Origin: an uncultured euryarchaeote
GTDB taxonomy: Archaea; Thermoplasmatota; Poseidoniia; Poseidoniales; Poseidoniaceae
Reading direction: 5' to 3'
Length of the DNA: 64,000 bases
Assembly: GCA_937899865.1 (NCBI GenBank)
Contig: CALBRH010000055.1
Location: forward strand, 5,512 to 69,511
Shown here: piece after piece, positions 21,401 to 28,819 of the stretch
Layout of the letters: the number at the start of each line of letters is the position of its first letter
Position numbering within the stretch: the stretch's first letter is position 1
Position numbers and translations under genes: made by a program
Notes under the pieces: generated by a model
The model's database searches: none
Told to the model about the DNA's origin: nothing
The model's input: the letters and a program-made list of their open reading frames with translations, nothing else

Positions 21401-21689
21401 TCAGATTGTTTGAAAATTTGTATAGAGCCCGCTCTTCACCACCTAATTGATTAATACCAACATTATTCTCTGAATTGCTGTTATAGTTAAAATCTGGAAA
21501 CTCAGACGAAATATGCACTTCTGAATTTGGTGAGTAAGAATAGATGGAGTATGAAGGATTATGATCATTCAATTCTAAATTGTAGTCATTTTCAGCAACC
21601 AAAATTTCGCTAAAAATAAACAAAAAAACAATGAAAATCGCAGTTAATGCTTGACGTTTTTCGGACGCGTAAGGCATGGGACTCATCAC
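12438..21689 (-). CDS. Giant type-I anchored surface protein (3083 aa): seven TWN/RP-L-I-Y modules, FN3-like modules, then tandem Ig-like modules
   Basis: Uninterrupted 9.25-kb ORF in an AT-rich sequence. Signal-like N-terminus ALTAIFIVFLFIFSEILVA. The C-terminal third (about 12880..15150) consists of Ig-like repeats similar to those of the 876-aa neighbour. TM LYYVGAGLIGLIAVALLVFVI is followed by R and a 107-aa acidic tail. Very many N-x-S/T sequons. Confidence 0.9.
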   Translation of the reverse strand: MMSPMPYASEKRQALTAIFIVFLFIFSEILVAENDYNLELNDHNPSYSIYSYSPNSEVHISSEFPDFNYNSNSENNVGINQLGGEERALYKFSNNLSKSSDLILDAELRLTCEVLYQQTPSQLPVLYPATIYGNFAPSEVTWNSIANSIAWQKPGVDGEFDRKDWDVPSSSASITSNIYEYNLNVTKLVQTSLHLGRSTFDIIISGLGGNIACAKGNNVTTSYHPELIISHSSGFHSDGGSVEQNFAVDGVPLMKNDFIMAADINPRISFDNLVGTDVEFQFSLSSDFRNITDLTWIYSTLSNQFTTSGAAGYYNIPNSESFPLGSIIHHRIRSIDNTSKISDWSEGYFLLPDYNTVNNSDGTATITLGQNDFNLMGTDFIEDTYIDTSAIQGHGEEQYLYVSNDVNDNKISLLKINFNMLGIHSNATIVSASLELDRQTVTSQGPTLSLHPIEHSLWSESEATWNYGKIGQQWANGGLNQIGSSEQSNIDSNSASNTFDFDIQNSLQKHLDESSNVPLSYVLTGFLPDDSPPSQLEEIKFASSEFQGVSGNTPSVSLTYSWTANQSIPDVELISPINTEPVWEIENDNLSGDTTPELEWQSSDGVFMDYFLQVSNDPLFRDVILDLDSRDLSLTSLTALQNYTFTSSNQLSKGDIYHWRIKQVDGDGRIGDWNASSLFISTLESEWLGGNMFRFILNNSVDSNVNSIPGFKFSSIASNSPTTNSYGYSNIFIADTMSLGKYNALLGLNLQSYLLPQGYAVISSNLTMTTVSSTNSPNVGVWELVSDDWNEQEVTWIESSSGIQWDSPGATGTLDRVNLLSNSSVASNCCTVWNVTSSVQNSMRDGKNLNFMLEIMPGYYGSTAIFNSPLSQDSQDQPQLEIIFTLGSNQKPTPPTAQSPADGEWVFKNNSTLETDIDLDLSWNNNSPMPIVGWAIEIDSSSNFDSIDKRSITSWNDPGFDIAGCEYELQSSLDIGKVWYWRVRGLSNTFQLGEWSQSFTFFLPDLNYHPLTHNSFTTEYSHGSAFSNQQMINFADLHINDRSTLDIVNGETESILSVGRLADGANNSMLISVPIPLAMHPENASLTSAMFSLEATPLSSANVRLAVREVLTPWDLNANNFRYNSTNNWSELGGRGIGSDVSEPLDIVMSQVGKNVWNITQIAQRALAEGRTSLSLMIYSDTDLPGQLVYFYSSDFSNTKPTINMTWVEGQRTIPSDIIETILPLDGQIYFNQTSHAILPELRPTFTWSLPQSSVSTPDAWRIFFQLDPNNDMEGDLMFDSRVNPELFDLVTLSFTPDQDINFGNSINWSVQPIEQEMLGQRSNQSMYFIPNSIGQEINQTDATIYIQDGSLFPPTNYPSATSDIYLDEGNPYQSNDTGGIRVGNSTILNSNLSSITSIVSFNLSTLTLPSVYEIISADLELTAVNGSGAVDISASRILANWDENSTWDNSSSGVQWINSGALRGADSDLPDSMVYVDSIGTFSWNVTRILQLTVESNQDVASILLQPEVFNSPTGIVEGSYIFADSENTNISLRPKLSIQYRTVESWLPPTVSLISPANGSTLWNESSPSLVGADNISFEVSQPVSNHTTINLCHGTQIRWLDCVQSTSNVENYSWDSILNLFNYTDIDEIESNAGDQWQYWRFRVDQEHRIGHYSPIYHYRIPENQAIFDGYENYTVELSRGSVFTLTGDNPMVSDASTDSSNNLNLGQSPTISVGTNPSSGGVFEAYFEYNLSELYFVPTATPISMTLELEVISNMITQSPIAVSVYACDGFEESLISYQSTPTCSTSEITRTSITGTSGNLVSWDLTYLGQTNFFTNNDTLSFKLTAVSGQNNFIEFHSSESINGMKPTINLTYIENINQYLPPSQPLPISPSDGEILYDVSNLPINSVQSVQLEWTQVSSATSYKLFINTESGLLVFDSLIDSGFSGNTFTSSIFSPGESYEWWVQCYNQSIPGPPSPKWIFGLGNPDNFDNKDGTLTYAFSDSSEILDFNHINFYDTWITDSNLDVNYGVGDNLEIGGGCQNTINSICDAIISVDTSQIPLDSNSQSIHSIVLNLFVESWDLTGGAYQVEFSIHEFLYTNWDEMTLTWNNTGINPGPQPGVDFVSQPLDVKTYNSLDTVFSFDVGEYGQSIGDVLTFLIRGTPISTGGNFDGYVSVYSSDYSDINLRPKLEILHTNVSILNITSQTVNYNADGSYSFDVQAFDSNGQAITGGIPNMAEIEWSTTSGSITPNQTTQSAVLSPTISGMQVVSACYGIICTDYAIMIEPGMPMQIFASLNQTSDVNFATITADDTLQVSAYAIDQFGNLVTNEVISFFSSNGSIDSSGLFSPYSAGIHTVTAEWVGSSNTLQETLQVEVLPGAPVLVELSGCGDIIHADTSCDIFGTAFDQYSNIVWFDDVGDYTLSVSDGEIIEYSTPTPHTSPPTTEVLIGEYTGNLVGQSTISFVSENSLVDSILVDVTHGAFASFELEASSTSISADEILYLNTTRIDVRGNRLAVILPIENWTSVADGQVVTGLPASWVPTLQGTKSISAFYQGSTETIQVFVTRGKINQMDILIYDEVSNGDVFMITADEQISASIKALDSNGNQWLIDGNWSFFHPNFADESVLSSNYSQEITFSPTMSSSTPYTIYVEHTELDVVISDNFVVYVSVGDLENFVVDSIDSNGVEFSSVGSYEITADEFIQFSFSTSDTNLNQITNMQPAWILYDLEAGTSEDISDQMLQNALIWHATEVGDWKISAFLINERGFNLTANFDISVSHGVPVSLTLEQSVTTQDAGNFVDLQVTGTDSDGNQFPQLVVWFENNGPAYNINATDTEALYQFNGRSAGNYTLTAEYLTLSSSVNVEVFSLSVVKNIKSNISTTELEQLESITVEVEAYDEYWNRIAVPDSARIDSTDRGKVKYLGNGVWELETLDEGEHSATIVIGSITETFIYNVEGNIAGFFAAGGPLYYVGAGLIGLIAVALLVFVIRLVRGDEDYYDDEDDEDYYRDDEESISRDFSQPRISQAPTVSTPPPQPPETEPEQEVEEVEEEVEEEDTSWMADYRVEEDGTEWGQTEDGVWYYREVESDDWIEWTE

Positions 21690-21820
21690 TGAGACATAGT
21701 CTCCTTTTACTGTCTTTTCCCTTGATTGTATTTGTATATTAAGAGAAGTGAGAATTTAGCCGATAAAATATAGCGCTTTTTATCATAATGTTGAAGGGCG
21801 TTCGCCATCTTCATCAACCC

Positions 21821-22777
21821 ATGAGCGAGTTATGGGTTGAGAAACACAGACCTCGCTCTGTCAGTGAGATTAGAGGACAACCAGCAGTAGTCCAACGTTT
21901 GACTATTTATGCAGAAAAAAAACAGTTTCCTCACTTACTTTTTGCTGGCCCTCCTGGTACTGGAAAAACCACTGCCGCCATGGCATTAACCAAGGATGTT
22001 TTCGGAGAAAATTATAGAGAAAATTTGTTAGAAATGAACGCATCTGACGAAAGAAAACTTGAGAGTATTAGAACAAAAGTCAAGCAATTTGCTCGCACTA
22101 GTCCTTATGGAGGCGCTGCCTTCAAGATTATCTTCCTTGACGAGGCTGATGCATTAACTAACGATGCACAAGGTGCGCTTAGAAGAATAATGGAGCAATA
22201 TGCCGAAACTTGTCGATTCATTCTTTCCTGCAATTATTCCTCGAAAATAATTGAACCAATTCAATCTCGATGTGCTGTGTTTAGATTTAGACCTCTTGCT
22301 GATTCAGATGTCAATCAGCAAGTTCACCATGTTGCTAAAATTGAGAAAGTGAATCTTGACGATGATGCCGCTGAAGCTCTAACAAGAATTAGTCAAGGCG
22401 ATTTGAGAAAGGCATTAACTGCTCTGCAAGTATCAGCGGCTCTAAGTAGCGATGTGACGCGTGAATTGATCTATGAAACTTCAGCAACAGCACCTCCAGA
22501 AAGTCTACATCAATATCTCAAAGCATGCCGTGATGATGGTTTCCATTCTGCTAGAAGAAGGCTTAGAGAATTACTTGACAAATATGGACTTGCAGGAACA
22601 GATTTTGTCAACCAACTTCACCGTGAATTGTACTCTGCTGATTTCCTGAGTGAAGAATCCAAACTTGATTTGACAGAATGGATGGCGGAAGTTGACTACA
22701 GATTAGTAGAAGGTGGAGGGGAACAAATCCAGTTAGATGCACTAACTGCAAGATTAGTAACTCATCTCAAACAATAA
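21821..22777 (+). CDS. rfcS: Replication factor C small subunit
   Basis: MSELWVEKHRPRSVSEIRGQ, Walker A GPPGTGKTT, FLDEADALT and IQSRCAVFRF are RFC small-subunit boxes. I prefer ATG 21821 over the tracked 21788 because RFC proteins normally start a few residues before WVEKYRP. Length is normal, with no intein. Confidence 0.9.
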   Translation: MSELWVEKHRPRSVSEIRGQPAVVQRLTIYAEKKQFPHLLFAGPPGTGKTTAAMALTKDVFGENYRENLLEMNASDERKLESIRTKVKQFARTSPYGGAAFKIIFLDEADALTNDAQGALRRIMEQYAETCRFILSCNYSSKIIEPIQSRCAVFRFRPLADSDVNQQVHHVAKIEKVNLDDDAAEALTRISQGDLRKALTALQVSAALSSDVTRELIYETSATAPPESLHQYLKACRDDGFHSARRRLRELLDKYGLAGTDFVNQLHRELYSADFLSEESKLDLTEWMAEVDYRLVEGGGEQIQLDALTARLVTHLKQ

Positions 22778-23008
22778 TCACTTTCACTTTCACCTTACCC
22801 GTTAGAAAAAGTGACTACTACCTCAAACCTTTCAATTGATTTGATGAGAACTGATGGGTTACTTAATGCACTATGCTGGACACCGCTTGCTGGGCCAATA
22901 AGAGCTATTCGTAAGCAAAGAATAAACAGAATTTCAAGAGAGAATTATGACAAAAGGAAAATTGATTCAATTATCAACCAAATTGTCTCAAATCACGGCG
23001 ATTTATTA

Positions 23009-23926
23009 TCATGAATCACTTGATTCAACCGCTTCTACGACTACGAGTTTCCAATTATACTCTCTCTCGTTTTCCCAAGGATCGCCATCCTCTTTGATAG
23101 TGACTAGAATGTCATGAGTACCAACAGCTAAATCATTACCGAGATTAATAGCAAATGGTTGATCTTTTTCGTGAGGTACTAAATTAGGTGCAGAAGAATT
23201 ATCTGTTTTGGTTCCATTAGCAATTCTATCTGAATTATTTGCCCAAAAATATTCATCGCTATTCAATTCTGTTACAACTGACTGGTGAGTTAATTCAACG
23301 ATCACCTCTGCACCATCAGAATTGACGTTATCTGCTAATGCGAACAATAGCCACACTTCACCATCTAGTCTGCCATCGTTTTCAACTACCCATTCAATGA
23401 CTCCATCTTTGCTCGAATCTTCATTGAACAACAACACTTCACCATCATCAGTAGCAATGGCCCAATGGCTGGCAAGTTTGGGTGCAACGATATCTCCCAT
23501 TGGCGGATTGACCAACAAAAATGACATCGCTAAGAAAGTAAATGTGTGCAAGAATCCAGCCTTAAACCATGTTCCTTTGCCATAAAACTCTTGGAATGAT
23601 TTTGGCATAACCATTCGATGAATTTGAGGAATCAATATTATTGCACTAAGTGGCATCAGATATAGAATATCTGACTTTTCTGGCGAAGTATTTGGCATCA
23701 AAACATAACGCATCATCAATGTGACAATGATAGAAAAACTGATCACTAGCCACATTGAAGCAGTATCAGCTTTTTCTTTTTTCACGTGTTTTACTGGGTC
23801 GAACGGTTCGATTCCTAAATTCGGTCCGCTTCTTCGGACCCTCCTTTCCTCGCTAGCAGCACCAGCACGCTGTTTGCGCTCCGCAGCAGCAGCAGCCATC
23901 GCTGTTTGAAGGTCGACCATGACCAC
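23009..23926 (-). CDS. Hypothetical membrane protein with C-terminal extracytoplasmic acidic domain
   Basis: 305-aa ORF. It has an Ala/Arg-rich N-terminus, about 3 hydrophobic helices (MWLVISFSIIVTLMM, LMPLSAIILIP, FLHTFTFLAMSFLLV) and then a ~170-aa acidic beta-rich domain. No family recognised. Confidence 0.55.
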   Translation of the reverse strand: MVMVDLQTAMAAAAAERKQRAGAASEERRVRRSGPNLGIEPFDPVKHVKKEKADTASMWLVISFSIIVTLMMRYVLMPNTSPEKSDILYLMPLSAIILIPQIHRMVMPKSFQEFYGKGTWFKAGFLHTFTFLAMSFLLVNPPMGDIVAPKLASHWAIATDDGEVLLFNEDSSKDGVIEWVVENDGRLDGEVWLLFALADNVNSDGAEVIVELTHQSVVTELNSDEYFWANNSDRIANGTKTDNSSAPNLVPHEKDQPFAINLGNDLAVGTHDILVTIKEDGDPWENEREYNWKLVVVEAVESSDS

Positions 23927-24040
23927 TGGGAAAACTGAGAGTGCATGAATGCTACGGATGAATTATACCATTGATTTCAATATTTTACTAACATATTTCA
24001 TCCGCATTATTCAAAGAGTCTATCCTTCACGACCGAATAA

Positions 24041-24168
24041 GCCGGGGTGGCGTAGTTGGTGGCGCGTCGGACTCATAGGGCAGCCTACAAGGCAATCGTA
24101 TGACGTGCAACCCTTGCGGTGTCTGAGACATCCGAAGGTCGCGGGTTCAAGCCCCGCTCCCGGCACCA
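24041..24168 (+). tRNA. tRNA-Met(CAU), elongator-type (or Ile2-type CAU), with a 52-nt intron at the canonical 37/38 position; CCA encoded
   Basis: Acceptor GCCGGGG/TCCCGGC (G7-U66). D stem GCGT/GCGC with GG in the loop. Anticodon stem TCGGA/TCCGA with loop CT-CAT-A..A. T arm GCGGG-TTCAAGC-CCCGC, discriminator A, CCA. Exons 24041..24077 and 24130..24165. It is not an initiator (G1-C72, no 3xGC anticodon stem). Confidence 0.9.
24078..24129 (+). other. tRNA intron with canonical helix-bulge-helix-bulge-helix splice motif
   Basis: Anticodon-loop CTCA pairs with intron TGAG (24124..24127) to form the central 4-bp helix. It is flanked by 3-nt bulges TA|G and AC|A. Intron GGCA pairs with TGTC to form the inner helix. 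Confidence 0.8.
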
Positions 24169-24179
24169 TTGTTATTCGA

Positions 24180-24185
24180 TTTTTT
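24180..24185 (+). terminator. Oligo-T tract downstream of tRNA-Met
   Basis: TTTTTT followed by GTTGTT, 12 nt after the encoded CCA. Archaeal RNA polymerase terminates at oligo-T. Confidence 0.45.
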
Positions 24186-24275
24186 GTTGTTAGACTATTT
24201 TCATACCATGAACTTATATTCAACCTCCATTAGGTTCAATTAACCATCGACTGAGTTACATCGGATTGTGAGACT

Positions 24276-24956
24276 ATGGCTAAATTATTGAAAATGGAAA
24301 ATATTCAACGCTACTATGAAACTCCTGCTGGAGTAGTTAAAGCGCTTGACGGAATTGATATTGAAATTCATGAAGGAGAAAGAGTGATCTTACTTGGCCC
24401 CTCTGGTTCAGGAAAAACTACTCTTTTGAATTGCTTATCGGCTCTCGATAGCCCAACTGACGGCGATTATATTTTCTTAGATGAACATGTACCGAGAGAT
24501 AATTCAGAAAAAATGACATCCTTTAGAAGATTAAACATTGGATATGTATTTCAATTCTTCAATCTTTTACAAGATTTAACTGTTCTTGAAAACATACTGC
24601 TTATTCAAGAATTGTCTGGTAAAAAAGACCCAGACAGAGCAAAACAATTACTAAAGTTGGTTGGCCTAGAAAAGGAAGTTGACCGATTTCCTGGAGAAAT
24701 TAGTGGAGGGCAACAGCAAAGGGTAGCCATTGCAAGAAGTATTGCCAAGAAACCAACCCTATTACTAGGGGATGAATTAACAGGAAATTTGGATACTGAA
24801 ACTTCACAAAAAGTAATGACTGTGCTGGTAAAAGCTTGTGAGCAAGAAAATATTACTGCAGTTTTTGTTACCCATGATGAGGGATTAGTACAGTATGCAA
24901 CTAGAGTTATTCGAATCGATAGCGGCAAGATAATTTCGGATGAACAAGTCAATTAG
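24276..24956 (+). CDS. ABC transporter ATP-binding protein, MacB/LolD-like
   Basis: Walker A GPSGSGKTTLLN, signature ISGGQQQRVAIARS and Walker B LLLGDELTGNLD. Confidence 0.9.
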   Translation: MAKLLKMENIQRYYETPAGVVKALDGIDIEIHEGERVILLGPSGSGKTTLLNCLSALDSPTDGDYIFLDEHVPRDNSEKMTSFRRLNIGYVFQFFNLLQDLTVLENILLIQELSGKKDPDRAKQLLKLVGLEKEVDRFPGEISGGQQQRVAIARSIAKKPTLLLGDELTGNLDTETSQKVMTVLVKACEQENITAVFVTHDEGLVQYATRVIRIDSGKIISDEQVN

Positions 24957-24981
24957 GATGAAAAAAAACTGAGGCCAAGAT

Positions 24982-27423
24982 ATGTCTAGTCTACTAAACA
25001 AACGACTTGCGCGTAGTCTATGGCGCACGAAATTGCGGCTATTTGCTGTTATTTTCATGGTCTCAGTCGGTGTTTTTGCCGGATTAACCTTCGGTGGCTA
25101 TTCTCACAACCTAAGTGGTATGTATGATACTATGCATGATGATAATGATACGGGTGCCAATCTAGCAGATTTATGGATTGATAATCGCAGTACAACTTGG
25201 AGTTCTGAGGAAGTAACAGAATTCTGCACCAATTTAGCCTCTAATTGGGACTATGATGACTTTGGCTTGGATTCATGTGAGGGAAGAAATATTGTCCCAG
25301 GTGCCATGTTTTACAACAATAGTGGCGATGAAAAAATTATCAATTCTCTTTGGCATGGAATCTCACCAGATGCAAATACAAACCGAATTTGGATGCCAGA
25401 AGGTCATTCAGACGGTCGCTTAGCAGCATCTGCCGATGAGATTGTAATCGATGCTCACGTTGTCGAACCACTAGATTTAGAGCTTGGTGATGTCATCACA
25501 ATCGGTGCTGGTGCATCAAGTGCAGACTTTACCATCGTCGGCTATGGTTATCATCCAGTACACATTTTCATGGCGCCAGAAGGTTCAGTATTTCCGCCTG
25601 AAGCAGGAGAATATGTAGTAGGCTACCTCAGTGAACTTGGGATGGCTAGGCTAACTGGTAACGAAATCGGTGCAAGCAATACAATTTTGCTCGATGTAGA
25701 AGGCACTCCCTCATTTGATTATCCTGATACCAAAGAATTCGAAGGGGAAGAGATTGATTTGGTAAAATCAATGGTTGATGATTCCTTGAACGCCAGCCAA
25801 CTTGACGCTAGAGTGAGAGACAGGGGCCAAAGCGAACAGGTCGAAATAATGCGGCAAGATTTAGAGGCATCAAAAAGGATGTCAACCCCCTTCACTGTAA
25901 TGATCGCTGCTATTGCATCAATTACAATTATTCTCAGTTTACAGAGATTGGTACAAAGCCAAGCAAAGGAAATTGCGGTCTTGAGAACATTAGGGGTAAA
26001 GCGAAAATCTTTGTTGACTGGCTACCTTTACTCACCGGCAATAATAGGTTCAATTGGTTGTTTGGTAGGTTGCCTGATTGGACCATACGGCATGAATGCA
26101 ATGTTGGATTTCTATCAAAGTATAATTGGTGTACCAATCATCGAAAGAGAAATTCCTTTTTCGCTGTACGCAGCGGTTGTAACTCCGACAATGATAGTAG
26201 TATTTCTATCCGGTATTTTACCTGCTCTAAAGGCTAGTAGACTAGACCCCCTAAGTATTCTGAGTGGTCAAAACAAAATTAGAGTTGGTTCTAACCTACT
26301 CAGAAAATTGACTTCATGGATGCCAACAACTCTTGGGCTATCAGTACGTTCTAGTGTTAGAAGACCAATTCGTTTGACTATGACATTCTTCGCAGTAGGG
26401 ATTTCCTTGATGTTATTTGGTTCAATCCAAATGATGTCTGCTGGCATAGAGGACACATTAGTCGGTGGAATTGAAGATGACCAAAGTTGGGATGCTCAAG
26501 TTTATGTTGGTACTGATGGAGAGTTTGCAGTATTAGATTGGGCGGAAAACTACAGTGCAGAAGCAGAATTGTTAATCGAGATGCCTGTCGGTTCAGTAAC
26601 TGATCCTGATGAAATAGAGAGACTCTTTACTGTTATAGGACTCGACACATATACCCAAGGAATGCGTTCAGTGAACCTGTTAGATGGAAATAAACCAACA
26701 TTAGAAGGAGGTATTCCACAAGTTATGATGGACGAAGGGTCATTGATTTTCCTAAATTGGGAAGTCAACGATATTCAAACTGTTGCAATTAACGGCGTTT
26801 CACAAGAGGTTGAGATTGTCGGTTCTACTAGAGGAGACTTTATCCGAACCATGTATTTTTTACGATCTGACTTAAGTCAGATTACTGGCGTAAATGCTAC
26901 TTCAGTATATCTTAGCCTACCCGAGGGAGTAGAAGTAAATACAGAATTAGGGGAGATTTCTGTTGGCATAGTTGAGAGACAGAGTTTAATTGATGGCATT
27001 GAAAGCCTGATTGAACAACAAACTCAAATTTTCCAGGCAATAATGTATCTTGGACTATTATTCACAATAGCAGTCATGCTTAATACCATGATAATGAATG
27101 TAGCAGAACGGGACTTTGAATTGGCAACACTGCGAGTTTTAGGTGCATCAACCAAACGCTTGGGAGGAATGCTTCTATTTGAGAGTTTATTGATAGGTAT
27201 AATCGGTGGAATTGTTGGGGTCGCATTTGCTTATGGTGGCGCAATAGGACTTGCAGCATCATTCTCATCTTGGCAATTCTATGTTCCTATTGTCGTTGTG
27301 CCAAGTGTTGCTTACCAGTTGATGGGTGGAGTAATCATAATTGCTATTGCAATGACTCCGATTGGCATCTGGCGACTCCGTCGTATGGACCTGGTTGAAA
27401 AAGTCAAAGACCTCTCTCAGTGA
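24982..27423 (+). CDS. ABC transporter permease with two FtsX-type domains and large extracytoplasmic loops
   Basis: 813 aa. Two copies of the FtsX cytoplasmic motif (KEIAVLRTLGVKRKSLL and RDFELATLRVLGASTKRLGG), each followed by hydrophobic helices, and large soluble segments after TM1 of each half. Confidence 0.85.
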   Translation: MSSLLNKRLARSLWRTKLRLFAVIFMVSVGVFAGLTFGGYSHNLSGMYDTMHDDNDTGANLADLWIDNRSTTWSSEEVTEFCTNLASNWDYDDFGLDSCEGRNIVPGAMFYNNSGDEKIINSLWHGISPDANTNRIWMPEGHSDGRLAASADEIVIDAHVVEPLDLELGDVITIGAGASSADFTIVGYGYHPVHIFMAPEGSVFPPEAGEYVVGYLSELGMARLTGNEIGASNTILLDVEGTPSFDYPDTKEFEGEEIDLVKSMVDDSLNASQLDARVRDRGQSEQVEIMRQDLEASKRMSTPFTVMIAAIASITIILSLQRLVQSQAKEIAVLRTLGVKRKSLLTGYLYSPAIIGSIGCLVGCLIGPYGMNAMLDFYQSIIGVPIIEREIPFSLYAAVVTPTMIVVFLSGILPALKASRLDPLSILSGQNKIRVGSNLLRKLTSWMPTTLGLSVRSSVRRPIRLTMTFFAVGISLMLFGSIQMMSAGIEDTLVGGIEDDQSWDAQVYVGTDGEFAVLDWAENYSAEAELLIEMPVGSVTDPDEIERLFTVIGLDTYTQGMRSVNLLDGNKPTLEGGIPQVMMDEGSLIFLNWEVNDIQTVAINGVSQEVEIVGSTRGDFIRTMYFLRSDLSQITGVNATSVYLSLPEGVEVNTELGEISVGIVERQSLIDGIESLIEQQTQIFQAIMYLGLLFTIAVMLNTMIMNVAERDFELATLRVLGASTKRLGGMLLFESLLIGIIGGIVGVAFAYGGAIGLAASFSSWQFYVPIVVVPSVAYQLMGGVIIIAIAMTPIGIWRLRRMDLVEKVKDLSQ

Positions 27424-27461
27424 AGCGAACTCTTGATGAGCCGTCAATTCTTGGCAACATC

Positions 27462-28814
27462 ATGGTCGATATACCTGATATTGGACAAAAAGTCCAAATT
27501 GAAGTTGATGGCCATAATGGAAAAGCCATTCACCAAGGTGTTATTCTTCATCCTGCCGCCTCAAATCATGTGACAATAAAACTTGATAATGGATATAATG
27601 CAAGTTACACTATTGATGAAATAGTTTCAATTCAAGTGATTGGGAAAATCGAAGAAGAATCTGTAGGAACATACAGTGAATTAGAATTTAATGATCAATT
27701 GCCACGTGTTAGAATAATTCACACTGGTGGGACCATTGCTTCAAAGGTTGATTACAAGACTGGTGCAGTGATTGCAAAATTTGAACCTGAAGAGTTAGTA
27801 AATACAATCCCTGAATTAGCTCAAATTGCTAATATTGATGCAGTAAAACTTGGCAATATGTTCAGTGATGACATAAGATGCCAACACTGGAACAAGATGA
27901 TCGATGCCACTAAACAAGCCTTTGATGATGGATGTAATGGCGTAGTAATCACCCATGGAACAGACACATTACACATAACTTCAGCAGCAATGTGCTTTGC
28001 TTGGTCTGGTGAAGGTAAAGCACCACCTGGTAGAATCGCTTTAGTCGGTTCACAACGGTCTTCTGATAGAGGTTCTTCTGACGCTTCCGAGAACTTGATT
28101 TCAGCAGTCTATTGGGCTGCTAATGGACCAAACCCTGGAGCTGTAAGGGGTGATTCAGCTGTTGTAGTAATGCACACATCAAGTCATGATGGTACATGTT
28201 CAATCCAGCCGGGAACTGGGGTAAGAAAATTACATTCAACTAGAAGAGATGCTTTTAGAAATGTCAATAGTCAACCTTTAGCATATGTCAACATAGTTGG
28301 TGGAAAACCGAGTATTGTGATGGACAGTGTATATCAATATGAACTGGAAAAAAGTAATACTGAAGTGACAAAATCTCCAAGAAAATACTCTGAATCTGTT
28401 CGAATTGCGCAGTTTGTCGCCGGACCATATCTGCATGAAGAAGAAATTGAAGCAATTGTAGCAACTGGTCCACAAGCAATCGTCATCCATGGAACTGGTC
28501 TTGGTCATTTACCAATCGATGACCCCGGTAAAGATGCTCCAGAGAATACTAAAGTTTGGCGTGCACTAACACGTTGCATAAATCGTAATATCCCAGTTGT
28601 TGTAACTTCACAATGTTTGCATGGGCCAATCGATATGAATGTATATTCCAAGGGTAGAAAGCAACAAGAGATGGGTTTGCTAGGCCATGGAAGCGTTACT
28701 TCACCTGATTCAACAATAGTCAAAATTCACTATGCTCTATCAAATAACAAAAAGATCGAAGACATACTTGCAAAGAACCTATGTGGAGAAAATCATAATG
28801 TTCTAAGAGAGTGA
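27462..28814 (+). CDS. gatD: Glutamyl-tRNA(Gln) amidotransferase subunit D
   Basis: N-terminal IKLDNGYNASY block, then asparaginase-like RVRIIHTGGTIASKVDYKTGAV and VVITHGTDTL. The architecture is archaea-specific. An alternative GTG start at 27420 overlaps the permease stop (GTGA). Confidence 0.85.
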   Translation: MVDIPDIGQKVQIEVDGHNGKAIHQGVILHPAASNHVTIKLDNGYNASYTIDEIVSIQVIGKIEEESVGTYSELEFNDQLPRVRIIHTGGTIASKVDYKTGAVIAKFEPEELVNTIPELAQIANIDAVKLGNMFSDDIRCQHWNKMIDATKQAFDDGCNGVVITHGTDTLHITSAAMCFAWSGEGKAPPGRIALVGSQRSSDRGSSDASENLISAVYWAANGPNPGAVRGDSAVVVMHTSSHDGTCSIQPGTGVRKLHSTRRDAFRNVNSQPLAYVNIVGGKPSIVMDSVYQYELEKSNTEVTKSPRKYSESVRIAQFVAGPYLHEEEIEAIVATGPQAIVIHGTGLGHLPIDDPGKDAPENTKVWRALTRCINRNIPVVVTSQCLHGPIDMNVYSKGRKQQEMGLLGHGSVTSPDSTIVKIHYALSNNKKIEDILAKNLCGENHNVLRE

Positions 28815-28819
28815 TAATC

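Noticed and set aside
22811-23014. 67-aa ORF and a possible box C/D sRNA (TGATGA at about 22843 followed by CTGA) in the 230-nt convergent gap after rfcS.
   Set aside because: The ORF has a GTG start, no SD and no motif. The TGATGA and CTGA are only 3 nt apart, and no second C'/D' pair or terminal stem at proper 12-nt guide spacing is present, so it does not fit a C/D sRNA.
24098-24126. Box C/D-like elements (GUAUGACG, CUGA) inside the tRNA-Met intron.
   Set aside because: The box C match is poor (UAUGAC versus UGAUGA). The CUGA is also needed for the BHB central helix, and I could not find convincing guide complementarity by eye. It is kept only as a note under the tRNA finding.
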